Shown here: positions 1-13,716 of the stretch, one piece after another
Layout: each line of letters opens with the position of its first letter
Position numbering within the stretch: the first letter of the stretch is position 1
NCBI GenBank assembly: GCA_001662655.1
Contig: KV460288.1
Direction: 5' to 3' (one strand)
Length of the DNA stretch: 64,000 nt
From: Pseudogymnoascus verrucosus
Taxonomy: Eukaryota
Notes under the pieces: model-generated
The model's input: the letters and a program-made list of their open reading frames with translations, nothing else
Told to the model about the DNA's origin: nothing
The model's database searches: none
Program-made: the position numbers and the translations under genes

Positions 1-423
1 TAGTTAATAAGGGCACCTTTAGGAAAAGGTACCTTTCTTAGAAGGTACCTAGTAAAAGAGAGGTGCCTATTAAGAAAGGCACTTATATAGAGTAAGGTGC
101 CTCCTTAGAAGGGCACCTATAGGAATTAGTACCTATAATAAGTGTAGTACCTTTTATAGGACACATACGTAATTAGATTAGTAGGAATAGTAAGAATAGT
201 TAGAGAGTCTACTATTCTAACTATTCCCTTTAGTATAACGCTACTATATAAGTAGATAGTTATTCCTTAGATAGGAGCTTTGTGCTTAACTTAATATAGT
301 ATTTTATTATATACTATAATGTGTTTTATAGAAGCCTTTATGTCTAATCCCCTACCTCCTCTATTAAGTAAACTAACGTAACGAAACCTCTATAAGTCTT
401 ATAGTCTAAGGCCTAGCATTACA
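1..423. mobile_element. LTR, truncated by the window start; same family as the LTRs at 1354-2419 but in the opposite orientation; RIP-mutated
   Basis: Reverse complement of the 1354-1685 and 1686-2108 sequences. Ends in ...GCCTAGCATTACA (CA terminus) at 423. The copies differ mainly by C>T/G>A transitions. Confidence 0.85.
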
Positions 424-1353
424 CTATAGTCTTAGGCTATATAGCCTAGCTTATTATAGTTAAAATAAAGCTGTTCTTTAAATTACTTATCCCTTTTTAG
501 GTTATAGGGCTGTCTAGGTTTAATTATAGCATTAAGTTCTATTAGATCTAACTAACAGTTATCTTATAGGTGTTGTTCCTATTATCTACCTTCGTTCCCT
601 TAATAGGGATAACTTTTCTTAGGTTTATTATAGGTCCGTTGTTCCTTCTAGAATTTGTATAGCTAATTGTTAATTTAGACTATATACTTAATTAGCGTTA
701 CTATGTCCGTTAGTTGTTACTCTAAATAGGTAAGTTCTATATATACATAGCTCTTTAGCCTATGTTAGTAGTAGCTAATAAGCGCGCTAGTGTCCTATCC
801 TATCTAATTGCTATATCTCTAGAATTCTATAGAGTACATAAGGGCGCTACCTATCTGTTTAAGCGTAAATAGGTACTCTACTATAGTCTTAATCTTATTA
901 ATATCTCTAAACATACGTTAGATCTCCTTATAGAATCCTTTCTAGCTACTAAACATAGTTTAGGTAGCTACTATGCTCCTGTTAGTACTTTTATGTTAGA
1001 AGTAGTCCTTAAGGAAGGGTTTAATCTATTAAAGGGCCTCTCCTTAAAGGTAGGATAAAGTCTATAGAGTATAGCTTTCCCTTATAGGAAACTTATTGTT
1101 ATTAAAGTGCTAGTATAGTTTAACCTATAGTAGGAACACTTTAAGTTCCTTTTAATTACTAGAATAGGTGTTAAGGAGCTTAATATGTAAGGCCTCCCTA
1201 AGTTCTAATGTTATAGGCATGTTAAGCATCTCTTTGTTCTTAGTTATAGGTCTTTAAGATAAAGTTAGCGTAGTAGGAGTCTTCCCCTTTAAACTAACAA
1301 CAGACATGTTACTTTATATATAAGCTAGTACCTTATAGAAGTAGTGCTTAAAG
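424..1353 (-). pseudogene. RIP-degraded retrotransposon gag fragment (Ty3/Gypsy-like)
   Basis: The minus strand near 424-470 reads YFNYNKLGYIA*DY, a transition-mutated CCHC zinc knuckle (CFNCNKPGHIARDC). A DLIELNA (DPMELDA-like) motif lies just upstream. Many TAA/TAG stops and high TpA content. Confidence 0.7.
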
Positions 1354-2419
1354 TGTAACGCTAGGTCTTAAACTATAAGACTTATAAAGGTTTTATTATA
1401 TAGGTTTACTTAATAGAGGAGGTAGGGGATTAGACACTAAAGGCTTTTATAAAACACGTTATAGTATATAACAAAATACTATATTAAGTTAAGTACGAAG
1501 CTCCTATCTAAGGAATAACTATCTACTTATATAGTAGCGTTATGCTAAAGGGAATAGTTAGAATAGTAGACTCTCTAACTATTCTTACTATTCCTACTAA
1601 TCTAATTACGTGTGTGTCCTATAAGAGGTGCTATACTTATTATAGGTACTAATTCCTATAGGTGCCTTTCTAAGGAGGTACCTTATGTAACACTAGGTCT
1701 TAAACTATAAGACTTATAAAGGTTTTATTATGTTAGTTTACTTAATAGAGGAGGTAGGGGATTAGATACAAAGGCTTTTATAAAACACGTTATAGTATAT
1801 AACAAAATACTATATTAAGTTGAGCACGAAGCTCCTATCTAAGAAATAACTATCTACTTATATAGTAGCGTTGTGCTAAAGGGAATAGTTAGAATAGCAG
1901 ACTCTTTAACTATTCTTACTATTCCTACTAATCTAATTACATATATGTTCTATAAGAGGTGCTATACTTATTATAAGTACTGATTCCCTTAGGTGCCCTT
2001 CTAAGGAGGCACCTTGCTCTATATAGGTGCCTTTCCTTATAGGCACCTCTCCTTTGCTAGGTACCTTCTAAGAAAGGTACCTTTTCCTAAAGGTGCCCTC
2101 ATTAACTAAGCTACCTATAATCTCTACGTCCATTTTCTGCTGCTAATTAGCTACAAGCTATTTTACCTTATTATTCTATCTTGTGGCATATAAGTTGTAT
2201 GTTTTAGCTGTAACACCTTACTCTATATAGGTACCTTTCCTAATAGGCACCTCTCTTTCGCTAGGTACCTTCTAAGAAAGGTACCTTTTCCTAAAGGTGC
2301 CCTTATTAACTAAGCTACCTACAATCTCTACATCCATTTCCTGCTACTAATTAGCTGCAAGCTATTTTACCTTATTACCCTATCCTATAGCATATAGGTT
2401 GTATGTTTTAGCTGTAACA
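1354..2419. mobile_element. LTR (TG...CA) interrupted by a nested LTR of the same family
   Basis: Starts TGTAACGCTAGG at 1354 and ends GCTGTAACA at 2419. Segments 1354-1685 and 2221-2419 together rebuild one copy collinear with 1686-2215. Confidence 0.85.
1686..2215. mobile_element. Nested solo LTR (530 bp) with 5-bp target-site duplication CCTTA
   Basis: TGTAACAC...GCTGTAACA, flanked by CCTTA at 1681-1685 and 2216-2220. Confidence 0.9.
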
Positions 2420-4472
2420 GTTAGCTATTTCTTATATAGCTTATAGCTAGGGTAGAAATCTACATAAATCTAGGTTAAGAATGTACTAAACAAGAGCTGA
2501 CTCTTTGTATAAAGTCAGATTCTATAATTTAGGAATAGAATTGCATTAAGAAGCCATTCTATAAATCTAATTGCATAAGGTCGTTTAGGGGATATTATAC
2601 AAAGCTACAGCTACTTAAACACTTCGAAATTAGCCTTTTTAAATTGCATTAATAGCTAATAGTATTTGATCCTCTTAATTAGAGGATTAGGCTTATGTTG
2701 GTTGTGGCATGTTTACATTTGTTAAGTTGACGCGTTTTAGTGTTTTAGTGGGCAAGTCGCTTGTGTGGGCGAGTCGCTTGTGAAATACGTTACTGTTTTA
2801 GCTACAAAGCAGAACGGCGACTCCGAGACTAAGCCTGTACCAGAGCGTTCCGCTATGTCCCTTTGCCTGTGCGCAGGCAGGCGAAGGAGTGATTGACGGA
2901 AATAGACTGTTCCTTGCATTCTGAGCCTTCATCGACAAGCATGCTGAAGCCTCGAGTGGCTTAAAGGTGGAAACACGAATTCGACAGCGACGTTTTTCGA
3001 CCTTAGCGCGTAACATGCCTCAGCTCCTTCTCCCGATTCCTTCATCCAACCCTAATCAGCCCATATTAACCCCCCGCTTCATAGATGCAACGCAATTACA
3101 GCAATCTTACCTAACCCGTCATCATTGTTGCTGCCGTCGTGAAGTGTTTTTGACATTAGCTAAGCCACATTCCCACATGCATGGGCAAGAATCATGGCTT
3201 GTCATGTGTGTTCCATCCGCCCTAATCTAAACGCGATGATGCCGACACTTTAGTAAGGTCTACTAGAATCCATAATGTTGCAACCTGATATTAGTTACTA
3301 GAGACGAGACAGGACGCTGGAAACCGCGCCCTGCTTGCCGTCGCATAGTATACTGGAATTAACTATATATGATATTTATTTAGTTATAGTGTTAACACAT
3401 AGAGCTGTATATATATACTAAGTTTACTCCACCCTATTAGAACTATCCTTAAAGACAGCTATTTAATACTCGATCCTTACTATTCCTTACATATCACCAT
3501 CTATCCCCTACCCCCTATTCCACACCTTCAACAATACGAGTCAAACCCTCCCCCAAAATCCACGACACTCTTCAAACCAGTGCACAAGCCAACTAACCGC
3601 AGGAATCTTAGCTAAAACAGCCCGGTATTCCCCAGACCGGCCTCGTCACCCCTCGCCGAATACGTTGCCCCCCCGGTAGGGTAGTCACGAACAGTGACAG
3701 CCCCCCCTTTTCAGCCCTCGTTTGCAAAACACCATACCGCTAAGCACCTACCTCATCACCACCACCACCACCCAGTAACGACCACCCACCAACCCTTCAA
3801 ACCACTTATTCAGCGCCCTTCAAGACACAGTACTCTCACACCACCCACACTCTGAATTTCCAATCCAAAGCGAACCGCCCGCCCAGACCCGCGTGCTCCA
3901 GTCCCCCAATGTGTTCTATTGCGCTGAATGGGGTGGTTTAGCTGCGCGGGGAAGTGATCTTTATTTTTACACCCCCCTTTTCATCCCCAGCTTGGTCAGG
4001 TATGGTGGTCATCTAATGTCGCGGACATTAGTGCACCGCAAAAACAGAAAGAAGGGAACGGAACTGCACTGCAATGAATTAATTGGCCTCATCATCGTTA
4101 TCATATTACCACTTCCCCCTCATCATTATGTAAAAGCAACCCCACCATGCCAAATGCAACCTCCCCCCCCGTTTTAGTCCCTAGGATATCTAATGTACAC
4201 GAAGCGAAAAACGCAAAAGCAGAAACAAAAAAAAAGAACCAAGCACCGCTCCGCTGGCTTAAAAGTGTGATGAAAAAAAAAAGCAAGAAGCTAAAACAAA
4301 CAAAAATGGCAACGCCGACGCTATAGATGGTATGCTAAGAAGCAGAAAAGGTGGTGTGATGACAAAAAAAAAACAGGTTTGGGTTGGGGGGAAAAAGGGG
4401 TAAATGTGTGTGTGTGGTGTGATGGTTCGTCAATCTCCTCAGCCCCCTAGATGAGCGCGCAGAAGCAGACAA

Positions 4473-7326
4473 TCAACGATTAACTCTCCTCCCATCCAAA
4501 AAGATCCTCTCCCTCGGCCCCCCACCATCCACAACATCCCTCCTCCTCCTCGCCTCCTCAAACTCCCTCTTCTCCTCCTCACTTAAACTAAACGCCTTCT
4601 TCAACCACCCGAACCCGCTCCGCTTCTTCTTCACCTTCTTCCCCTGCTCATCCACCCCCACTGTCACCTGGCTGGCAAGCGTCATCTGTGACATGTTGCT
4701 GGGGTACACGCTACCGCTGCCGTTCATCCTGCTCTCCCTCCCACCGTTGTAACTATTAGTCGTATTCCCGTAACTGCTGCCGTAGCTATTATACTGCGCC
4801 GACGCCACCCCACCACTCCTCCCCGGCGGCAACCTCTGCGTCGGCGCCGCAGTCCACGGCCGTTGAAGCGGGGAATGCGGCGACGCCTGCACGGGGTGAA
4901 AATGCTGCTGTTCCGACCTCGGCGTCATGACATACGTAGACCCGTAATCATGACGCGTCTGCGCAGAGGCGATGAATTGGTGATACTCCTGGCTCGGTGT
5001 CCCGACGACCGAAACGCGATTCGGGTCCGAGTAGTACGCTGAGTCGAGACCCAGACCGGTGGTGGTGGGGTTGGAGAGGGAGCGGGGGGAGTTGGGGGTA
5101 GCGCCAGAATGGAGAGGTGGAGGGCGGCGGAGCTCCATGTTGGAAGGGGGACGCCGGATTTGGAGAATGGCGGGAGTGTGTGCTGGGCTGGGGTTGGCGT
5201 TGTGGTGGGATGGGATGTTGAGAAGCGGTGCTGGGGCTGCTTTGCGCGTTAGGGAGAGGCGCTCGCGGAGGGAGGATTTGCGCGCGATAGGTGGGGCGGA
5301 TTCGACGCGCTCTTGGACGTCGGGGGGTGTAGGGAGGCGTGAACTAGGTGGTGGACCCGCGGAATAGGCGCGTGGTGTCAGCGGGGGTGGGGTGTAAGTT
5401 CTCGGTTCCAGGGTGAGGAATTGGGGCTCCTGCAGCTCGGGGTCGGAGATGGAGCTGGAGTCGCGGTCGGGAGATTCTTCGCGCTCTTGGACGAGTTGGA
5501 AGGCCGGGAGGGTGGCGCGGATGGCGGGCGTGATCATGCTGGGGTTTGAGGGAAGTTCTTTGGCCATTGAGGCGCGCGAGCGGGTTGAGGGGCCCGAGCG
5601 GAGGGAGGCGCGGGAGGGGCGGGAGGAGTGGCGCGGGGAGGAGGGGGGGGAGGTGATGGATGTTTGCTTGATGGATTGGCGGGGGGACATAGCGATGCTG
5701 AACTGTGGGATTGTTAGCAGGTGGATTCAGGGGAGAGGGGGAGAGGGGATGGGAAGATTGATTACGCACTCTTGCATTTCGACTAATCTCGCCAGCGCGC
5801 TTGTCGATTTCTGCAACGATGGATCCGAGTTGCACCAGTGCTACGCCAAGTTTGTTGCCCTTCGTCTGCAAGGACACATATGCTTTGTACCACCCATCGG
5901 CATTTCCCTTCATGGCATCAAACACCTCTTTCATTTCGGGGCGTTCTGCCTGCCATCGATGGCGGGCCTTTTCTTCAGCCATATACCCAGCAACTTCTCT
6001 TGTTGCTTCCATGCCTTGCTGCACGTTTCGGAGCGAATCTTTCATTGCTGCCGCTGTCCGCGTGATGATGTGCTCAATGGTCTCGTTTCCGGATACGATC
6101 TGGTTCCTGAAGTCCCTGTCCTCCATCATATCTTCAAAGACGCTAATGTTCTCCAGAGGCATCCTAAGGTTCTTCAGCCTCTCATCAATATCCTCCTGGG
6201 CAAGATCGAAATCCTCCAGAGTCGTCTCTAAAAACCCATCAACCTCATCCACGTGCCCTTGCAGGATAGTAAGGGCTTGCTCGTCGTCTCTTGCCAGGCC
6301 GTTTAGTAAGAGGTAAATGCCGAATGATATCTGAGACATGATCTTCCATAGCTCGTGATATCTCTGGCCCGGCTTCTGCTTCCACTTCCCCGCGTGGGTC
6401 TCCGCAGAGATGTCCTGATCAAGCAATGCCTTCCGTCTCTCGGCTGCGTTGCCGAGGATAGGCTTCAAAGGAGGATCGTCATTGTCAAAGGCATCGAGCA
6501 TAGATTCCTCGAATGCCGCCTGCATTGACTCAATTGGATGTATTGGGACCTGAGTTTCACGGGGTTGGGTGACCGGGCGCTCGCCGTCATCATCATCATG
6601 AATTGAAATGACGCTCAAACGAATCTCGTCGTTTGGGACATAATCTTTATGGAGCGAGACAATGCTACGGCGCCTGCCATTAGCTTCAGTTAGACTCTCA
6701 TTCGTAGAGGTAGTACTTTGGCGCCTATCATCCGGGACTGCATCGTCATATACAGACATAAGGTTCCTTGACGGCTCGTTGGTCTGTGCTGGAAGTTCCT
6801 GCGGAGGGGTAGGAATAGGTGTTGGATCCAGATCGTAGTTCTCCGCGGGAAGCTCATGGATGAACATAACACTGGGGTGTTCGTATTCCTTCTGTGGTTG
6901 TTGGTAGCTGGCGCTAGGCGCAATATCTGTTTGGTTGTCTCTCTTGGGCGCTGAATCCTCACGAATAGGCGTAAGGTTGCGGCCATTCCCGTCGACTTGT
7001 GTAGGTTCCTCCTGTATAGACGCCAAACTCTGACGCCTCCCATCATTCTGCAAACCATCCCCCTCAACCGCCAGCAGACCTGGGCGCACATCGCCATCGT
7101 GCCCCTGCGGCTCGTCGCGCGCCGACCCAACACTACTGCGTCTATCATCCCCCGACGTGCTCCCACCAAACGACATCATGCTGAATCGCGGATCGAGTCT
7201 GTTGATGGCGAAATCCCCGAATGAGAGGTCGAGCGAGGCTCTCGAATCGAACATGCTGAAGGATGTCTCTAGCGGGTGGATGTCGATCGCCGCCGCGTCG
7301 TGCGACGTGACTGCGGGCGTGGCCAT
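4473..7326 (-). CDS. Conserved hypothetical fungal protein with a central helical/coiled-coil domain and Pro/Ser-rich termini; 2 exons, intron ~5703-5769
   Basis: ORFs 5344-7326 and 4473-5690 are joined by a GTGCGT...GCTAAC...CAG intron. Ordered helical core (HELWKIMSQISFGIYLL...) and a C-terminal KKKRSGFGWLKKAFSLSEEE motif. Confidence 0.8.
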
Positions 7327-9272
7327 GGTTGGCAGCGTGGGGCGGTACTACATGGAAGACCTTGGTGCGCCACGGGGAGCTGCAGTTGGGTGTTTGTGGG
7401 TGTGGGTTTGTCGCGTGGAGGGTTTATCGGCTTGAATTCGTTCCTGGGGGTGAGGTGAGGTTTGGCGGGAGAGGGAGGGAGGGAGGGAGGGAGGGAGGGA
7501 GGTGGTGTAGCTCCAGGTGTGCGCGCGGTGGTATCGGGTAACCTTTGTATCCCTTATAACACAGGTCAATCGAGACGAATGTAACTGTGCTGTAATCCTG
7601 TATTCGTTCTTCGCGCCCCGATCTCTGCTCTGCCGCCGTCGTTGTCGTCGTTCCTTCTGACCTGACCGTTGCAGATTTCCAGGGTTTGGAGCTTGGGTCG
7701 TTTCGTTTGGACGTTCGGACGTTTCGACGCGTAGATTTGGAGCTCGAGGCTGAGAATGTGGTCGGCTAATAATAGTAAGGAAGTGTAAGTAGTAGTTGAT
7801 CGGCGAAATTCCGAGCGCACTACTACTTTCGTATTGGTAAGTTCCTGGATTGACCAGTTTTGTATTTTCCCCTGAATCCGACCAAAGAGAGACAGACAGA
7901 CGATGGATGGTAACGGGATAAACTTGGCGGGTGTTTAATAACGACTACGACGTCGTAATTATTTTAGAGGGGGTTAGAGTGCGCAAGGTTCACATGGAAG
8001 GACGACGACGACGATAAGGTAGGGGAGGGAGTAATAAGAGTTACTCCAGATGGGGTAGATGGGGGGGGGATTAGAGAGAGGGGGGAAGGGGGGGGGAAGG
8101 GCCAATTGGGAAGGGGATCGTGGGCATTCGTGGGCATTCGCGGACATTTTCTTTTGATCGAAGCCCAATGTAGATCAATATAGAATCGTTTTGGGTCTTA
8201 CTTGTGATTCTACTATAGAGTCCCCTGTAGAAGGACGGATGTTGCCATATTTACTATATTACCAATTACCATATTACGCATAGTACCACGTATATTACCA
8301 TCTGTTAATACATTTCCTTTCGTATAAATTAGAAATTAAATCCATTGAATATTGAATACTTGGTAGCTAGCTACATGTAAACAGTAAACAATAACGGTAA
8401 TGACAGGTCCACAGTACCCGTCTCCACCACCAACGACCATACTTTCCGTACCGTCTTCTACCAAATAAGTTGCATTATAGCTGCATTTTAAGTTGCTATA
8501 AGTGCATATAAGTGGCTGATTTGGAAGTAAATAAAAGGGTTCAACGCCAACAAACAAATCCAGGGTCCAACGATCCAACGGATCCAACTATCGACAAATA
8601 ACGGAAACACTAAAATACTTCCTACCCGTTGCCTGATCTGGACCGACTATAGACTGGGGATGAAATGTACCTGACCAGCTCTATTTCAGTGGTACGAGAC
8701 ATGGTATCCCCAACCCAGACTCCAACCCAATGATCGTACTGCGAACTGAGACAACGAACCACAACACACCACAACACTGAGATCATCACCAACACATCAT
8801 TCCTAAAAAGTGTATAATAGACCAGACTACTATCACTACTATCACTAACTATTCAATAATTTTCATCCTTACTGTCTCACTACTATCCAGTACTCTAAGA
8901 CTTACATATAAGACCGAGCATGTCTCTTGTCGCGCTCTCCTGACACCACACCACCACCACACCCCACTGGCGCACTCCGCCAGCAACGCCAGCAGCACAC
9001 GACAGCCACTGTCCTGTGAAGAGCACGCGCGCGCGTCGACACTAGAAGTTCTGGTTCAGAACAACAGAAGATACGAGATCTTGATACACTTCCGTCCGAG
9101 CGAACACCTATAACCCTCCTCCGCACGATCGTGCGCGGCGCATTGTCCCCCCCCTGCCTCGACAGCCAGCCATCCCCCGTTGGGCGATCGACCAAATCCT
9201 CAAAACGCACACACGACCACCCTCAAGACAACACACAGAGGCGCACGAAACACAACCACATAACCACCCACC

Positions 9273-10201
9273 ATGTCCGCCCTCCGGCGCATCTTCTCCC
9301 TCAGCCCCGACCTCTTCGACTCCTCCCACCGCTTCGAGACATCCTGGCTCATCACGCCGTGGGCGCTCTTCTTCTTCCGCGCATTCTTCGTTCGTCCCCC
9401 CCTTTCCTGGCCCTCCCCATTCCCCCCCTTCCCTCTCTCCCCACCGTCACAAACTCCAGCTAACCCCCTCTCCCCCCACAGAGTTTCTACGCCTTCTTCG
9501 TCCTAATCTTCAACCTCATCTTCACCGGCGTGCAACCCTCCTACGGCGGCAGCGAAGCAGCCTCATTATCCTTCTCCTACTTCACAATCCTCACCTACTG
9601 GGGTCTAGCATTCTACTTCCTCTTCGCCTCCCTCCACACCCTCAGCTACGCGCGCCACGGCACCCCTCTCCTAGCGCACTTCCCCCGTCCCCTCCAGGCG
9701 CTACACTCCCTCCTCTACACGACGATTATCTGCTACCCCTTCTTGGTGACGATCGTGTACTGGGCGGTTCTATACTCATCTTGGTTCCCCACCCCCTACC
9801 CGCGCTGGACCAACATCTCCCAACACGCGCTCAACTCCCTCTTCGCCCTCTTCGAGCTCATCATCCCGCGCACCTCTCGCCCCCCCTGGATTCACCTCCC
9901 CTTCCTAATCCTGATCCTCGCGCTCTACCTAGCATTAGCGTATCTAACGCACTACACCCGCGGGATCTACGTGTACTCCTTCCTCGACCCGGGAAATGGG
10001 AGGGGGATGCTAGCAGGGTACGTCCTGGGGATCGCGGCGGGGATAGTGGTTATCTTCCTACTTGTGCAGGGGGCGGTGTGGGTGAGGAAGTGGGGGACGG
10101 AGAGGAAGATGGGGAGGGAGGGGAGGTTTCATGGCGGGAGGAGCAAGGGGCAGGGGGATGCGGAGTTGGAGGCTACGAGGCAGTGGGAGGATAAGGCGTG
10201 A
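9273..10201 (+). CDS. FAR-17a/AIG1-like multi-pass membrane protein; intron 9390-9481
   Basis: About 6 TM helices, the SFSYFTILTYWG Thr motif, the NISQHALNS His motif and a VYSFLD motif. GTTCGT...GCTAAC...CAG intron. Confidence 0.8.
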
Positions 10202-10434
10202 GCGTTTCGTTTGAATTTGGCGAGATCTGGTTTGGCGATGTTATATTTGGGCGATGTGTATGTCGGGATATGTTTTGATAGTTGTGGGCGCTGGTGGAAT
10301 TTGTTTGTGTAGATATACCCACCATACTAACAACACCTGTCTATATATAAATAATAATACCCCTAATTTTACCGCACCCACCACAATCACCACACACACC
10401 ACCTCCCACCTCCCATTTCCCCTCCCCTCCCCCC

Positions 10435-12958
10435 TCACTTCCCCTCCCCCTCCCCACCCCCCCTCCCAAACCGTCCCCCAAACGCACTAATATCCCTCCT
10501 AAAAAACTTCCCAATCCCCCTCAAATTCCCCTCCCCCTCCTCCCCAATCCCCACCCCCTCCCTCGCCACCCCCAGTATCTTCTCCCCAAACGCCGCCGCC
10601 GCCGCCGCCTGCGCATTCGGCGGCGTTTGGACAGCCACCAGACTCAGTCCCCCCAGGAAGGGGTCAACATCCACCAATCCCCCTCCCCCATCATCGTCCT
10701 TCGCACTCGCTCTATGGACGCCGAATAACTCGATCAACGACCCGATTTCGGAACGCCGGACGCCCTTCAGATCTAGGACTTTGCGGAAATTGGAGTCGGA
10801 ACGGTCGTGGATGTGGATTAGGTATGCTTGCACGAGGGCTTCGGGGGGGGAGGGGCGCACTTGGAGGGTTTTGAGGAGGGGGTCGAGGCGGGCGAGGGAG
10901 AGGGCGACGCGTTTTTGGAAGGAGGGGTTGGGGGGGAGGAGGGAGGTGAGGGAGGATGTTAGGACGTATTTGTCGAGGAGTAGCTGGGGAGTGTTAGTCT
11001 CGACTTTGCTGAATCAGGGAGAGGGAGGGTGGCAGGGTCAGAAAGAAAAAAAAAGGAACACATACCTGCTCAGCTCCCACCTCAGAAATCGGCCGACAAG
11101 CAACAATAGTCCCCACATAAGCCTGCACCACCCCCTCAACAACCTTATCCGCAAACGCCCTCGCATACCCCGGTTTCTGCAACAGCGCCAACGTCTCCCC
11201 CGCACTCGCCTCCACCCTCCTCACAAGCTCACCCACATAACTCGATTGATCCCCCACGCTCTCCATACGGCTCCAATTCGTATTCCGCATCTCCCTCCAC
11301 GCCGGCTCCGCGGCAGCATCCACACGTCTAGCTAGCGCAACTAGTGCCGCTGAGGCGACGCCCATGAATGTGTCTGCCTGCGGCGCGAAGTCGACTTTAG
11401 GGGCGAGATCGGCGTCGATGCGACGGCGCAGGGTGTCGGCTAGTTGCGTGCTGTTGGTGTGCCAGTAGTCTGCTGTGTTGAGGACGAGGATCGCGTCGTT
11501 GAGGTTGGGGGGGGCGGGCGAGGAGCGGGAGAGCATGGGGAGGAGGACGGCGTGGGCGTATTCGTCGAGGTACTTTGCGAATGTGCGAGAGAGGTCGAGG
11601 AGGCGGTCGCTGGTGGATAGCTTGGCGCACTGCGCGAGGGTGACTTTGTAGAAGTGGAACAGCTCAATGGATGACGCGAGGACGGAGTGGGCGTGGAACT
11701 CCTCGTCCTCGGCTAAGGGGGGCTGATTGCGGTATGTAGGGATCATGGAAGCGAGTTGCTTGTCGCGCGACTCGACCCACAGGCTGAGATAGGGCTCAAA
11801 GGCCTGGGAGATGGAGCCGTCGAAGGTGTGTGCGCGCTCTTCGGAGTTGAGGGTGTCGAGGGAGGCGCGGGGGTCGCTGGCGAACTTGGCTTCGAGGCTG
11901 TGCTCGAAGTCGAGGGTTTCCTGGAGGCAGCGGAGGAGGAGGCTGACGTCGAGGGTGTTGCCGTCTGTGCGCCTTGTGCTTTTCTCGAGGATCGCTTTGT
12001 AGTCTTCTCTGGTCCCTTCGCAGAAGGCGTTCGCGAGCATCTCGTTGACTCTCCAGCTGAGGGGGAAGATAGCCGCATGCTCGTCATCGTAGGTCTTCCA
12101 CATCCTCTTGAACCAACTATATCGCCTCCCAATATTATCCAGACTTCCCGCCTCATCATTCCCCCTAAAGACCTGCCTATACTCTCTCAGCATCGTATTG
12201 CAATACCACGTAATCAACCTCGCCCTCGCCGTATCCCCAAGCGCATCCATAACCAAACACGCCTCCTTCAACATCCCCCTCTTCCCACCCACCTCCCCCT
12301 TCGCAAACGCCATCTCAAAGTCCTCACACACCTGCTCCCCCAACTCCCGCTGCAGATCCGCCACATTCCGACTCAGCGTCGCGATCTGGTCGATACTGCG
12401 ATAGCTCCGGAAGTGCGCCATGAGCTGCAGCACCGCCTGCAGCAGGCCCGCACACTCGCGGTACTGCCTGCTCTTCGCCAGGCCGCGCAGCTGCTCGTAT
12501 GCTGTGGTCAGCATCTGTAGCCGCTTCAGCGCTGTCATGGAGAGCGTCAGGTTCCGCTTGGTGTGGTCGAGTCGCTTGATGTCGGCTGTCATGCTGGTGA
12601 TTGTATGCTCGGTCTCGAGGGCGCGGCTGCGGACTGACTCGATCTTGCGGAAGAGCTGGTCGAGTTCGGTTTTGGCGGAGGACATGCGGTCGAGGGAGGA
12701 GGAGGCGCGGGGGGCGGCGAGGGTGCCTGTTAAGGCGTTTATGGAGGTGTCGAGGGCATCTTGGCGGGTTTGGAGGGCGGCGCCGACGGCACCGACGGAG
12801 CTGAGGGTTGAGGGATGGGAGAAGATGGTGTTGAGATCGTCAATTGGGTCGTAGTCGGCTGTGTCGAGAGAGGTGAGCTGCTGGACGGTGGGGGGGTGAG
12901 GGTAGGTAGGGGAGGCATTACCTGCATCTAGGGACGAGGCTGTGACGGGGCCATTCAT
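10435..12958 (-). CDS. VPS53: GARP complex subunit Vps53; intron 10984-11065
   Basis: Motifs DYDPIDDLNTIF, MTADIKRLDHTKRNLTLSMTALKRLQML, EAGSLDNIGRRYSWF, VGDQSSYV, CRPISEVGAEQ and NFRKVLDLKG. Confidence 0.95.
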
Positions 12959-13608
12959 CCTGTAAGAATTATAATGGAGAAGCTGGCTTGCAGCACATCT
13001 ACAGCATGTATCTGTTACTCCTGGGTATCATATGTCGCGAATTGAAGCCGTTGTGATCATGAAAGTTGTCGTTAAAGAGAGGATTTAAGGTTTGGGTGGT
13101 TCCCCAGGGTTGCATGGTTTGTAGCTGTTCGCTTCGTTCGCGCCACGACGCTCTATGGATCATTTTGGAGAACTAACAAAAGGACGTGCCGACTATCTCG
13201 ACTCAGCACACGCACATCTGCGCATTTCCGCTGTAATGTGTGTACGAGTGTGCACGGGTGTGCACCACATACTATATAAATGTTGGTTAGAATACAAGTT
13301 TTAATCTCAGATAATGAGTGCAATGTTTCCAGTACTTAGTCGCGTGCAAGATTGTATTTCCAACACATTGTCGGAAATAGGCGCCCATGGTATGTGAGAG
13401 TGCATCCTGGTGCCTATAACTACTCGTATAATCCCAGCCTTTGATCTGGCTTCACAAACAACACATTCTCATCATAATCATGAGTTCTTCTCCTCTAACC
13501 CCGCTTTCAAGGTCCCTAAATGATGATGAGCGACGATTCAATCCATTACCTCGCCGTGTGAGTGGGCGGAGGACTACCATCCTGGTGGTTCGAACGATCG
13601 ATACGAGA

Positions 13609-13716
13609 AGGAAGGAGCGGCCCCATTAACTAAGGAAGGAGCGACCGTGTAAAACGGGAAAGAGCGACCCCTTAACTGAGGAAAGAGCAACCAACTCGAG
13701 GAGGACGGAACGACCC
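13609..13716 (+). repeat. Degenerate ~22-bp minisatellite, about 5 units of AGGAA(G/A)GAGCGACC...AAC
   Basis: Units: aggaaggagcggccccattaacta / aggaaggagcgaccgtgtaaaac / gggaaagagcgaccccttaactg / aggaaagagcaaccaactcg / aggaggacggaacgaccc. Confidence 0.6.

Noticed and set aside
13609..13716. CRISPR-like array
   Set aside because: Eukaryotic context, degenerate units and no unique spacers.
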